Virus record (IMG/VR): IMGVR_UViG_3300002052_000002
Location: 1 to 64,000 of that record
Length of the DNA stretch: 64,000 nucleotides
DNA from: a virus
Reading direction: 5' to 3' (one strand)
Position 1 is the first letter of the stretch, and each line of letters opens with the position of its first letter. The notes below the pieces were generated by a model. That model ran no database searches. It saw nothing but the letters and a program-made list of their open reading frames with translations, and was not told the DNA's origin. The position numbers and the translations under genes are program-made. This document shows positions 22,963 through 34,463 of this stretch, piece by piece.

Positions 22963-23111
22963 AGATTGGCTTTTTTCAGGGTTCTATTGCTGAAACCAAT
23001 CTTTGAAGATTCACAGGATAGCTTTTTTCATAGTTTGGTTGCTGAAACTATCCTTCTAAACTATTCAGAGTGGTATTTGTCCGTGCAAGGATTTATTGCT
23101 GTAACCACTCT
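22963..23111 (-). ncRNA. Tandem array of three CAGCAA hairpins (22963-23002, 23015-23054, 23067-23111)
   Basis: Stems AGATTGG/CCAATCT, AGGATAG/CTATCCT, AGAGTGGT/ACCACTCT, each followed by T(T/A)CAGCAA; 12-nt linkers. Confidence 0.85.
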
Positions 23112-25271
23112 TCAAAGTTTTATAAGTTTTTATCTGGCGGTCCAATATCTACTTCTACATACCTCTTGTCATCACCATCATAAATAGAAAGTAATACCAT
23201 ATCACATCCATCAAAAGAAGTATGGAAGCGGACTATCTTGTCCTGGTTAAACTGGCTGAGCCATTCGATAACTGTTTTTACCGTTGAGCCCTGCTCTTTC
23301 AATAGCTTATGAGTTACCCTCTTCATTTTTCCCCACCAATTTCGTATACGAGCCACCAGTTTCTAAATCTGGGTGACGAGAATTTAGAAGGGATCGCTAA
23401 TTTCCTGTACGGTGAGAAGATTCATTTTTTTATTTTAAGATCCCGGATTTGACGTTTAAGTTCATCATTTTCTAAAATAAGAAGATTCATTTCATCTGTT
23501 TGCCCCACTAAGTGTTTTCGTTTGTGAGCGAAACACAATCCTTGCCCCCTAGGTGCGATTTGCGGTCTAGGATATTCAATTTTCCAGTTACATTCTTCAT
23601 CTCCAAATTCTTTACATATTCTTGCACCGATTCCCCATAAACTTTTTTTAATATTTTTATTGTTGCAATATGCATCATCATCATTAAAAATACAGTTTAT
23701 TTTTTTATTCATTTAACTTCTCCTTTCTATCTCGTATTCTCTTTGAAATTCCGCTTAAATCCTTTTAATAATCCAACTATCATCTACTCAACATTTATCT
23801 ATATATGTTCTCGTCAGAAACACAACCCCCTTGTCCTTTCTAACTCCTTCCCCATCCTTGGCATATTCCCGTCAGTGGTCTTTCACCGGTGTTCTGGTTA
23901 CTGCGGGACCGCTATGCGATCACTCGTATACGAGTAGCTGTATCCAGTCTTAATCTCTAACCCAAGACGGTTAAGTAATAATGAAAGAATGGAGGAGACA
24001 GACCATTTTGGTGCTCCATATATAGTATGTGGTGGACTATCTCTGAATCTGCCGTCATAGATATTGGCATCTAATGTTAACTGGTCTACCCTACTCTGCA
24101 GGAATTTTACTTCTCTTTCTAATGCTTCAATTCTTTTCTTCTTTGATGGCATAGTTATCCCTCATATCTGTGACCTACGAATGGACGCACTCTTCGGAGC
24201 TTTTTATCTAGTGCTTCCAAAGCCCTCTTAGCTGCGATATTCCAGCCACAGTCCTCATTGTTCTTATCGATGAATGACTTTTTCGTGACACCTTCACCGA
24301 TGATTTGTCTTCCTGTTTTAGGAAGAGTCAGAGTAGCAACTACTACAGTGAAAGCTACACCCTGAAATCCTACCTCTGTATCAACGCTTTCAAGATTATT
24401 TGAAACTTGTAGTAGAGTCCGAAACTCCTTCGCTAACTCTAATGCTGTCTTCTTTCTATACTGTGTCATCCTTTTCACCTCCTTTTATATCTACACTCTC
24501 CTTTTTCCCATTGCTTATACGGACCTTTGTATAGCCCCCTTCATTTGACTTTCAAACCAGCAAGTCTCTTTCGACATCTGCAAAGTTCTAAAATTGCAGA
24601 AAATAATTCATCAGCTTCACCATAGGTTAATACTATATCCCAATGAAAATAACCTTCGTTTCTTTCCATACCTCTCTTCAATGTCTTTTTCAATTCGCTT
24701 AATCGTTTATAGCTCACACAAATTGGCATATTCTCCTCCCTTGGATTTACCCCGTCTCTCATTACACTCGTTACAAGTGCAATTATCACTATATCTATGG
24801 ATGTATTTCATTCTTTCTTCTCTTCTTTCCCATCCTCTTTCGAGTTAACTGTCTCGATACAATACATAACTTGGTTTGCCATGACCAAGACTTTATAGCG
24901 ATTTCTCGCTGCTTCTAAGCTTGGTGCCCTTACTCGTACCTTAGTTGTTATTTTGTACTCAGGCATTCTCTTACCTCCTTTATACTGAATCGACATAGAC
25001 TTTCTTAACTTCGTATATCCCCGTCCTGTTATTCCATTGGATTATGAAATCTATGCAAGCTCTTTGGGTGACTGTAGCCACTCCAGAAGAGGAGAGTCCG
25101 ATATGTGCTTCTAATTTTTGCAACATCTCCCTGACCTCTGTCACTCTCTCTTTATTGAAGAACATCATTGTATATTCTTCACCGTTGGGTGCTGGGAATG
25201 TAATCTTTGGCGTTGGTGTCCATATATCCGCCAATGCTATGTTGTTTTCTTGTGCTTTCTTTGTGTGCATC

Positions 25272-26747
25272 TTATCCCTTTGTCCTCCTTTTCCTTGGAA
25301 TCTTAATCTTATATTTCTCAAGCGTCCTTAACATAACACCTTTAGGAGTCAAGTCTTCCGCACCAAAGATGGCTTTCAATATAGCTGGACTAAAGCCAGA
25401 TACTAATGCCACATTCTTATGTTTCGTAGTCGTTGGTTGTCCCGCATAACCAGTCGTATTCCAATAGACAACTTGAGGAATATCATATCCAGCCTCAAGC
25501 CATTCATCCAATACATTCTCAACCTCTGCTTTCTTACCTGTTGTTCCTTGATGGAACTGCATATCAGAAACGATAAGAAGCATATTAGGCATGCCCTCTT
25601 TCGATACGTTGAAGAACTTCGCTGCTTTTAATAATGTTCTTAATGCTTTAGCTATCTGCGTAGAGCCAACCGCACCATCAAAGATGGTATGACTCTTCAC
25701 CGCTTGAGAGAACTTCATACCATTCCAATCCTTAAGTTTGCCCTCAGAGCAGAAAGCTAGGAACTTCTTATAGAATGGATTGTCCTTGGGAATCTTAGCG
25801 GAGCAGTATAATGCCATCCCTTGGCTGATGTGAACAGCTTGCACAGAGCCACTTACTGCTGTGCTCATAGAACCAGAAGTATCACAGACTACAATAGGTC
25901 TTGCTCCTGTTTCCATGTAATTTGGTAGGGCATCAAACTGTGCATCGGCAATCTTGCTATCACCACTAAGTACAGTTCTTACACAGTCGTGTGGAAACAG
26001 CACATCACTATGGATAGTCGCTTTGCCCTTTTCCAAAGCTTCCTTATACGCTTCGAATCTCTCCGCATCATGCCTTCCAAATGCTTTGGTGTAGCGTGCC
26101 ATAGCCACTGAAGGAACATGCTCGTATGTAATTTTGTTCCATTGATTTGAACACATCTTATACTCAACGATGTGGTCTTTCCGAATCTCAGCGAGGATTT
26201 TCCTAAATGCCCTCTCATTTAACGAGCCTGCTCTTCGCAAAGGCTTATCGCTTCTGTCTGCCCACTTAGCAGCCAGCACATCCTTCTCACTCAAAGCGTG
26301 TGTCCATAGCTTTACAGCTATCTTCTCACACTCTGTGCCGAATAGAGTGCGAAGGTCATCCCACCTTCCAACCAATGGAATCCAGCCAATATTGAGGTCA
26401 ATCCATCTTGGGTCTTCCTTAGCCAACCATCCAAGACAGGCTCTGAATCCACTTCTATTCCCTGCTCCACCACGACAATCTCTCAGCCATAATAGAAGCT
26501 TAAAAGATACTGTTGGGTCAACTATCCAGGTCTTTTGGAACAGAGATAAAGCGGAATCTTCGCTGCCGTAGAAGGTTCCCTTCTTAATAAATAGAGAACC
26601 AGCCTTACTAAAGAATTCCACAGCATGGTCTAGAGAATGCTCATACTGTTTCGCTCCTTCATGTGTCTTATCAGGAGTCTTTGGAATCCTATAGTCTTCC
26701 CCTTCCATCTCTTCATCTTCAAATTCGTCTTCGTAATCGTCCCACAT
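25272..26747 (-). CDS. DUF2828 family protein (Ro60/TROVE-like helical region plus vWA domain); start moved to ATG 26747
   Basis: LWLRDCRGGAG.R, GRWDDL, LAAKWA, I.Y.HVPSVAMARY.KAF, MIDAS VCDTSGSM, SDMQF, VVYWN, ALVSGFSP; AGGAGG RBS. Confidence 0.88.
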   Translation of the reverse strand: MWDDYEDEFEDEEMEGEDYRIPKTPDKTHEGAKQYEHSLDHAVEFFSKAGSLFIKKGTFYGSEDSALSLFQKTWIVDPTVSFKLLLWLRDCRGGAGNRSGFRACLGWLAKEDPRWIDLNIGWIPLVGRWDDLRTLFGTECEKIAVKLWTHALSEKDVLAAKWADRSDKPLRRAGSLNERAFRKILAEIRKDHIVEYKMCSNQWNKITYEHVPSVAMARYTKAFGRHDAERFEAYKEALEKGKATIHSDVLFPHDCVRTVLSGDSKIADAQFDALPNYMETGARPIVVCDTSGSMSTAVSGSVQAVHISQGMALYCSAKIPKDNPFYKKFLAFCSEGKLKDWNGMKFSQAVKSHTIFDGAVGSTQIAKALRTLLKAAKFFNVSKEGMPNMLLIVSDMQFHQGTTGKKAEVENVLDEWLEAGYDIPQVVYWNTTGYAGQPTTTKHKNVALVSGFSPAILKAIFGAEDLTPKGVMLRTLEKYKIKIPRKRRTKG

Positions 26748-26785
26748 AATTAATCCTCCTTCCTTTCGTAACTGTAATACTATAG

Positions 26786-27667
26786 TTACTCCTTCCTTAT
26801 ACACGCAGTCCCATTGAATTCTTCAGATGCTCTAAAATATCTACCAGTGAACTGGATAGTATCCACATGTGAGTATAATATACCAGACCACATTCCAAAT
26901 CGAGATTGATGCCAATTAATATGGAACAAGATTGTGTATTCTTCATCGCTTGGTAGATATCTTAAGTCCCAGTACCCTTGTAATGGTCTGAAATAGTTGT
27001 AAGTATCCCTTCTCGTCATCTCAAATTCAAGTATTTGATAGGGCAGAAGGCACTCCTCACACTCCACAATCATCTGCCCAGTAGCATTCTTATCTTCATC
27101 TAATTTTCCATATAGGGTGTAGAAGACATCACAAGGTGCTACTTGTGGAGCTCTCCAATCTCCTTGAGGAAGCCATCTTATGTGTGGACTTGAGGTATGC
27201 CATGATGGGTCGCCAGTATGATATAGGAAATGTCTATTCAGTTCCCAAAAGAAAGCTGTACCTACAAACGCATCATTCCCTTGTCCTTCGTCATCCCCCA
27301 TATGTATCACGATAGTATTTGGTGCCCTGTAGTACCCATCTAGACAGCCATATGCAGTACGCATTTCTTTAGTGTCTAGCTGTTCCTTATCTACACACCG
27401 TTTATTCCAAGGGCGTATAACTACTCGTAGCTGTTGAGGATTTAGCGATGTTTCGAATAGCCCATTCATGATAGTAAACGCTTCATCTAACGCTTCCCAT
27501 TCTATTTCATTCCAATCCTCATAAAGCCAGTGCTCTTCGTACTGGTTGATGGCTCTATCTCTTGCTTTGATGAGTATCCCATTAGGCGTGGTAGTAGTCC
27601 ACGCATCAGAGATAGAACAAGTTGCCATTAACAATAACCACGCTAATATAACAATGAACTTCGTCAT
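26786..27667 (-). CDS. Secreted hypothetical protein
   Basis: Signal-peptide-like N-terminus. Confidence 0.6.
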   Translation of the reverse strand: MTKFIVILAWLLLMATCSISDAWTTTTPNGILIKARDRAINQYEEHWLYEDWNEIEWEALDEAFTIMNGLFETSLNPQQLRVVIRPWNKRCVDKEQLDTKEMRTAYGCLDGYYRAPNTIVIHMGDDEGQGNDAFVGTAFFWELNRHFLYHTGDPSWHTSSPHIRWLPQGDWRAPQVAPCDVFYTLYGKLDEDKNATGQMIVECEECLLPYQILEFEMTRRDTYNYFRPLQGYWDLRYLPSDEEYTILFHINWHQSRFGMWSGILYSHVDTIQFTGRYFRASEEFNGTACIRKE

Positions 27668-28385
27668 CTTTCAGCCCTCCAATACTCTTTCGTGTGAAAG
27701 GTTATAATGATATTTCTCGAAGTTAGGGAATTTTCCTAGCGATTCTTTGATAGTCTCCCTAATTGAGTCGGACTTCCCTAAGCCAAACCATTTGTCAAAT
27801 AAACGGGCGAATGGCGTGTAATTGAATAGGGCGAATAGTCTATCAGCCTCTTCCTCTCTCTCTAATATAAGTTGTAGGCTCAGATTAAATTTCCTTTCGA
27901 AAGAACTTTTAACTATCATCTTATTCACCTCCTTTGAGAACGAGCTTCTTCCTTTTCGACTGCATTTGCTATTTCCCTCTCGGTGAAGACCACGTATGGG
28001 TCTTTATTCCATTTATGGTTGGCGTCGTCAAGTACCATAGCCTTCAGCTTTCCACACTTACTACATATAAGCAGCTTTTTAACTGCAATCGACTTTCTCT
28101 CATACCTTTTGCCGTAGCGCATAAGGTATGATATAGCCTCGAAAGATATGGCTAATATAGCCTTCCATTTATGCCAACACATCTTATCCACCTCCTTCTA
28201 CTCCTTATCTAAATCCTTCAAGACATTATTATAGTAGGCCATTGAGGCTTCGAATAGTGCAATATCACTAAGTTGCACCGAATACGTTTTCATTAGCTTA
28301 AGTATATCAGCCAAGGCTTTCTTTTGTCTATAGTACAACTTAGAACTTCTCTCCTTAGCTATCTCCATATTAAGTACCATCTCTC

Positions 28386-28952
28386 TCACCACCTAAATCC
28401 TGTATTTACTCCGAAAGTATTTATTCCTCTATCACCAGGTCTTAAAGAAGATAAATGAGAATATCTTCCACCAAGAGTAAACTCTACTCTTTCCCATTTA
28501 ATAGGATATATGAAACCAAGTCCACCATCTATTAATCCTATAATGCCAGGATGTAAGATATTAGGACGTTCACTAGCATCTGTGTATCCAACACCAACTC
28601 CCATGTCAAAATAGAATCTCAACTTGCGTGGATAACAATCCTCTGCAGAGATGTATATAGCAGGGTCAAAGCGGATAATGAAAGATGTGCCCATTTGTAT
28701 GCCAGAAGATTCCTCATACCAAACTTTACCTACATGTCCCTCAGCTCTTAGGCTTAACCAATCATTGATATATTTACCACGAGAGATGCATAGTTTCCCT
28801 GATGTCGCTCCCTTCTGCATCGTATAGGCTTGGTCAAACTGCCAGTACCAACCATCTTCAGCTCTTGCTAATTTAACATAGAAAATGAGCATTGCTAAAA
28901 TAGCAATGATTACATAGATGATTGTCCCATACCTGTAGAGAAACTTATCCAT
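28386..28952 (-). CDS. PagL-like (lipid A 3-O-deacylase/acyloxyacyl hydrolase) outer-membrane beta-barrel
   Basis: Signal peptide ending ARA, amphipathic beta-strands, RYSHLSS...GIN (H-x-S catalytic motif), terminal aromatic FRW. Confidence 0.7.
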   Translation of the reverse strand: MDKFLYRYGTIIYVIIAILAMLIFYVKLARAEDGWYWQFDQAYTMQKGATSGKLCISRGKYINDWLSLRAEGHVGKVWYEESSGIQMGTSFIIRFDPAIYISAEDCYPRKLRFYFDMGVGVGYTDASERPNILHPGIIGLIDGGLGFIYPIKWERVEFTLGGRYSHLSSLRPGDRGINTFGVNTGFRW

Positions 28953-30462
28953 ATTAATTCCTCCTCAATGCCTCTTTAAATAATTCAGCATTCTCACCAC
29001 AATGTTCGCTGGTTAACCTGACGTTAACCACAGTATTAGGGAATCGTATTAGGTCTCTCCCTTCTACTTCATGGTCTTCAAGAACTCTTTGGCAGCGATG
29101 ACAAATATAAGCAGGGATTCTTCGATTCTTTGTCTTCACTACCTCTATTAGTTCTATGTTACTGGAATTACACGCTTTATGATATGGTCTCATTACGCTC
29201 TCCTTATGTTGAATTGACTACCACAATCTTCGCATTTGAGTCCTATGACACTGTGATTCTCGTCGAATAAGAAAACGAGTAGACCATGCGCCCTACTAGC
29301 CACTCTCTTCTTCTCTTTCTCCACTCTACAAGAGCAGTAGAGATTATATAAATAGCTGATGACCGTTCGCTCTTCACTCATTTAGCCCAGCCTCCTGTAG
29401 ATATATTCTCTTGCTTTTTTCTTAGAACGGAATCGTTTAATGTCTCCTTCTACTCTTCGACAGCGATGACAAATGTTGTTCATCACTTCGTAGAGTTTTC
29501 CTTTCGCCTCAAATGGATTCCAAATCCAAATCAGAGAGCATTCCCCTTTCCTAGATACGAAAGTTTCAATGTAACTACCAAAGACATTGAGCTTATCTTT
29601 CCCTCTGTAGAAGGGATGTTTCCTTCTTTTCATTATGACTTCTGTCATCTTACCGTCCTCTCTATTAGTTTCCCTATAATCCAAGCACTTAAGAATAATG
29701 CGAATCCACCTATCACAATAGCTACTGCCTCTTCAGGATTGGTAAACATTGCTAGAAGAATTACAAGTGCGAGAAGTATTTCAATAATAGGTTTGTCTTT
29801 CTTTCTATCCATTTTGCTATCCTCAACGCCTTCTTCTTACCGTATCTTCTCTTCAGTTTATATTCAATAACTAGGATTTTGTTTCTGGCGAAGTGTTCGA
29901 TAGTTCTTCGCATCTCTCTATTGACTCCTTGAAGTGGTCGAGAAAGTCTTCAAATAGTTTCTTTCTCCATCTCCAAAATATAGGAGCAATCCTCCTGATG
30001 ATACCATCCTCATCAACATCTATTCCTACTGTGGCAAATGCCATACTTACATAGTAGCTTCTCATCTCACTTCCTTTTATATCTTTTTCTGTTAGCTTCA
30101 GCTATAGCTAACTGTCTTGGAGTATGGAATCTTGTTGGGACATGCACACCTATCTCCAGCTCCTCTTGATGATACTGTTTGTGTGCTTCCCAATATCTTT
30201 TATCAACGCGTTTGCCACAAAGTGTGCATTTCATTCTATTTCTCCCATCTCTATCTTCTTCCAATGCTCGTAATATCCATGCCCGCAATAAGGACAATGG
30301 AATGTTTTGTTAAAGACTTCTTGCGGATTATTCTTCTCTTCATTAATCAAATCCGTATAGTTTCTTCTCTTCCCTAATACTTTGATTCCTTCTACGAATC
30401 CACATCCTACACATTGTATAGGATATCTAGGGTTTTTGTAACAAGCGATATAGGTAGGTCTT

Positions 30463-30783
30463 TTACACCAGCTTGGTTTTAATTGTTTTGTTAGTGCCAT
30501 CTTGTTCTCTCCTTTTGCATATTGGACAGTATTTCCTTGCGTTCTTCTTATTCTTTATTAATCTTTCATATTGTTTACTCCCCTTCCATAAGCCAAATAC
30601 CACAAACGGTATTCGCTTCTTATAGTATGCTTCTATATATTTCACTCCACTCTTACCAGTAGCGTGGAGTTGTAACCTCTTGTAAAGATTGAGTTTCTTG
30701 CATGAACCGATGTAATGTTGGGCAGGTCTGGTGGGATTTAACGGTGAGATAAAATGAAGCCCATAGACGATTTCAGTTTGCAT
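30463..30783 (-). CDS. GIY-YIG-like endonuclease
   Basis: VYGLHF...HYIGS....L..RL..H..G.....E..IK pattern. Confidence 0.7.
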   Translation of the reverse strand: MQTEIVYGLHFISPLNPTRPAQHYIGSCKKLNLYKRLQLHATGKSGVKYIEAYYKKRIPFVVFGLWKGSKQYERLIKNKKNARKYCPICKRREQDGTNKTIKTKLV

Positions 30784-31199
30784 TGTGCTTCCCTATAATG
30801 TAAACGAATCATAGAATATTGATTTGGTTGAAAGTTTGCACATAGTAATCCTGCTTGTTTATATGTATTACATTGTTGACAAGCATTGGATTCAATACTA
30901 AAGTTCGCACAAGTATTCTTTAAAGGCTTCAATGCTACGAAGCCTCTCTTTACGTAGAAATCGTATTTATGATGGGCACAGTCTAATTTTGGAGTCCTAT
31001 GTAGTTCCTTATTACAATAGGATACCGCGGCCTCTAACAATGCAGTTCCATATCCTTTCTCTCTATATGCTTCTTTTATATAAAAGCCCGCAATATATCC
31101 CGTCTCATCTACCTCTAGTTCTCCAATAGATTCTTCTCCTGAAAGGAGTTCTATCTTTTCCCAGCTACCGAAGGCACGTCTTACTATCTCCATCTTCAT
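30738..31199 (-). CDS. GNAT acetyltransferase with Cys-rich tail
   Basis: FYIKEAYREKGYGTALL; FYVKRGF. Confidence 0.85.
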   Translation of the reverse strand: MKMEIVRRAFGSWEKIELLSGEESIGELEVDETGYIAGFYIKEAYREKGYGTALLEAAVSYCNKELHRTPKLDCAHHKYDFYVKRGFVALKPLKNTCANFSIESNACQQCNTYKQAGLLCANFQPNQYSMIRLHYREAQCKLKSSMGFILSHR

Positions 31200-32199
31200 T
31201 GGGATTCCCCTTTCTCTATTGCTCCGATTCCTAAGAATGCACGAAGCCTTCCAAGTAATCCAATGTTAGGTTCTTCCCTATCTTTCTCCTCATTATAGAG
31301 CCTTTGCGCTCTCTTCCTTGTAAGGTCAAACTTATGATAGACGGAAGTCCCTCTTAATCTCTTGTTTAAGTTGGCGAAAGGTTGCATCCTATTTCTCCTT
31401 CCTTAATACTTTGATAGTACTCTTCGCGGCTTTATCCCATTTACGTCTGGTCTTTTCTGATGCATATTTAAAAGTCTTTCCCTTTTCGAGTAGTTCCTTT
31501 ACTTCTTCCTCACTCTTCGCTTCGAGTATCTGATTCCTTAGCGACATAAAGCACCTCCTTTATGTAACTGCGAATATGGGATAAATACCCAGCTCTCCCC
31601 TATCAATGGCATTCAATGTTTCTTCTGAGCAGAGCTCATTCAAATATTCTATGATGACACGCCACGCTATTCGCTTTGCTTCCCTTATTGAACGCCGCTC
31701 TGCTGGGTTATAACTGATTGTTCCATTAGAATTCCATCTCATGGCTTACTTCCTTTCTTCTGGATGACCACAAAATATACAATGGTCATAGTCTTCATCG
31801 ACGTATACACAGTGGTCAATAGGAGAATTAGGGCATTCCCATCCATCTTCTAAACTGAATGAGACTGTGCTGACCTCCTCTATATCTGTGCACTGACGGA
31901 TGATTTCTTTGCCCAATTTCTTCAAGGCACTTTCCTTCCTTGCTTCAGCGTCATCGATTAATAGTTGCATAGCCTTGATATTAGCAACTAATCCCATGAA
32001 TCCTTCGAGCATATCTTAACCTCCTATACCATCTCAGGGTGTGCCTTAGCTACCCTTTTAGATAGCTTCAGTCCTTCTTGCACTTCCTCTTTCTCTATAG
32101 GAATGTTATGTCCACACCCTGAGCAATGGAGATATGAACAGCAAGTGATTAACATTCCTTTACCACAGATAGGACAAGCTTTTGGTTCAATAAATGTAT

Positions 32200-32442
32200 T
32201 CATGGTCGCACTCCCCTTTCTCTTTTATATCTCCCATTTTGCTTGACAAATATCTCTATTTGCCTTGGCTTCTTAACTATGGGAGTGGGATTGCATTTAA
32301 CATGGGCGAGCTTATAGGAAGTGGTATGATGACCCAAGACTTTATACATAGTGGGATATAACTCTGGAGATTTTCTGCTAACTAACTGATTGCATATTTG
32401 ACAAATCCCTCTGTATCTATGCACAATATCTTTGAGCCTCAT
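32200..32442 (-). CDS. Degenerate HNH-like protein (start moved to 32442)
   Basis: RY.GICQIC ... LAHVKCN; the central DH appears to be lost. Confidence 0.5.
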   Translation of the reverse strand: MRLKDIVHRYRGICQICNQLVSRKSPELYPTMYKVLGHHTTSYKLAHVKCNPTPIVKKPRQIEIFVKQNGRYKRERGVRP

Positions 32443-32472
32443 ATAATCACCTCCCTTATGTGGTAAGTAGAT

Positions 32473-32513
32473 AAAATAAAAGGGGAGCAAGGCCAAGAAC
32501 CTTACTCCCCTTT
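32473..32513 (-). terminator. Intrinsic terminator closing the large structured region
   Basis: Minus strand GGGGAGTAAGG-TTCTTGG-CCTTGCTCCCC-TTTTATTTT. Confidence 0.85.
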
Positions 32514-33530
32514 CTGATGTTATTCCTTTTTAGTTTCTCTTCGGCATTGGAACAACTACTATATTGAAGCACTCAGTTTCATGTTATCGTGTTGAACTGA
32601 GTGGGTAAACCATCACTCTCTATTGACTTAGAAGCTTCCGCTTCTCTCTCTGCATTTTAGTTGACGGCTTTCCACTTTAGTCCGCCTGATTACCAGATTA
32701 GGATGAACGCTTGTATTAACTCCCATATCATCCTTACTTGGAGCATATAATCTATGTAGGCTTTTATTCCTTGCCATAGATAGCAGGTAATATTTCAGCT
32801 CTCCTTGGTTTATCTCCGAACGTAACCAACTTGGTTACTTGACTGTTTCCCTCTCTCCGCTTACTCAAGTGTATAAGCAGAATTCACGGCTTATTTCTTG
32901 CCTTAATCTGTAGCTTAGATAGGCAAGCTACTTTAGGCAATAACACCGTGAGAGAGTAAACCCAAGAGCTTTCTCCGTTACCACGGCTTCGGTATACCCC
33001 GCAGGATAACCAGCGTTTTTGTTGACGGGGAACTCGCATCCATAAGGCGTTGCCTTTATCCGCTGTTACAAGCTGGCATCACCAGTCCATCTGTGCAACT
33101 GGCTTGCTACTTGTTAAGAATCGCTATGTTACAGTAAGGTATCCGCTTAGGGTATATATCCGACCACCTTTCGTATGGCTCCACCCATCATCTTCTAACC
33201 CTCACATAGCTAATAGTTGTCACCAAGCTAATGAAACTTGATGGAAAGTTTAAAGGAGTTTAACCATTTTTCGTTGACTATCGCATCCCTTGTGTGAGAT
33301 ACCAGTTAAGGGATGTCCAAGTTATCCACTCCTCAAGGCAGGCATATAATATTTGAGTCCTCTAAGGTTCGCATTTATCCGAAAGTTAATTGGCATTATG
33401 ACGAATAAATCATTTGAACCGCTCTACCCTTATATGCCACATATATTCAGGCACTTTCAAGCCTTGGCTATATGCAAGCCATATATGATGTTATCTCTAT
33501 GCTTATATTAGCCATAGAGAATTGCATCCA
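32514..33530 (-). ncRNA. Candidate large structured non-coding RNA (~0.9-1 kb)
   Basis: No minus-strand ORF of 60 aa or more; more than 10 nested helices; G-U pairs and GNRA loops favour the minus strand; 5' boundary uncertain. Confidence 0.7.
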
Positions 33531-34326
33531 TACCATAGAATAGAGTAGGTCAGTCTATAAATTGTTTCATATCACCAGCTTTGCGAAGAATAATAGTGGG
33601 AATAAACTTCTTCTTAGCTATTCCCCTTGCATTCTTATTGAATATCTTAATCTTCGCTCTGCCCTTTACCATCAAAGCACCCTCATTACATTTGCCATAC
33701 CGAACTCTATGGCGTATAATATCCCAGTTGGTATGACCCTTAAGGTGTCGCTTTATATGTCCGTAAGCGTGGCGTCTATGATAGCATTTAATTCCTATCA
33801 TCTTTAAGCTCCACAAAGAGCAGAGTCTTAAGCATCTCCATCACTTCCCAATATGCGGAAGCCTTACCCTCAAAGTAAGCCTTAAGTTGCTTACTATTTC
33901 TCTTCTCTTCTGCTTCTTCCACAATGGTCTGTGCTGTATGATGCTTAGACGCTAAACTCTCCAGTATTCTTTCGATAGCCTTTCTCATATGCCACGCTCC
34001 TTTCTGCTACCAATATTCCTGCGTTTTATTTCAGCAGGATAATAGCACTTAAAGTCCTGCGTGGCATTAGGCTTCTTATGGAGCAGATTCATTTTGAGCC
34101 TGTCGCCGCAGGATTGACAGCATTTAGTCGGATGTAAGTCCGTGTTTTTATAAGGCTTCTTCATCGACTTTCCCCTTTCTATCTCCTTTAATCGTTCCAT
34201 ACACTATTAAGTATGCTAATACACACAAGCAAGGAAACCACAAAGGAGATGTGAAGAATAGAATTGTCAGCATAAATGCATATGCTTCCATATTATTCTC
34301 CTTCCCGACTAACCTACTCTATTCAA

Positions 34327-34338
34327 TTTTCAAAGAAC
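34327..34338 (-). promoter_or_regulatory. boxA-like antitermination element GTTCTTTGAAAA
   Basis: Resembles rrn boxA; related copies at 34717-34728 and 35129-35140. Confidence 0.55.
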
Positions 34339-34340
34339 GG

Positions 34341-34455
34341 GGACTCATCAGTGTAGCTATGAGCTACATATAGGGGAGCATCAGATTGATTTGGGTTTGC
34401 ATTCACGCAGTTTAGTTGCGGAAATCAACCTTCAACTGCTCCCTCTATTTCGTCC
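34341..34455 (-). ncRNA. Type II hammerhead ribozyme, predicted cleavage after AUA (between 34369 and 34368)
   Basis: GGAC-GAAA-[stem III TAGAGGGAGCA...TGCTCCCCTA]-TA-[stem I TGTAGCT-CAT-AGCTACA]-CTGATGA-GTCC; complete conserved core. Confidence 0.9.
34383..34431 (-). ncRNA. Hairpin element 7 (CCGCAA variant) nested in hammerhead stem III
   Basis: AGGTTGATT-TCCGCAA-...-AATCAATCT. Confidence 0.75.
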
Positions 34456-34463
34456 TTCTATGC

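Noticed and set aside
22963-23111. CRISPR mini-array
   Set aside because: Units are self-complementary hairpins with varying stems, not identical direct repeats with spacers; no cas genes seen.
22966-23187. Plus-strand 73-aa ORF over the hairpin array
   Set aside because: Antisense to the arm, no clear RBS, explained by the RNA elements.
33050-33241. Plus-strand 63-aa ORF in the structured region
   Set aside because: TTG start, no clear RBS, wrong strand for the arm; likely chance.
1020-33807. Many plus-strand ORFs overlapping left-arm genes (and minus-strand ORFs in the right arm)
   Set aside because: Shadow frames of real genes, with Ser/Phe/Leu-rich composition and no motifs.
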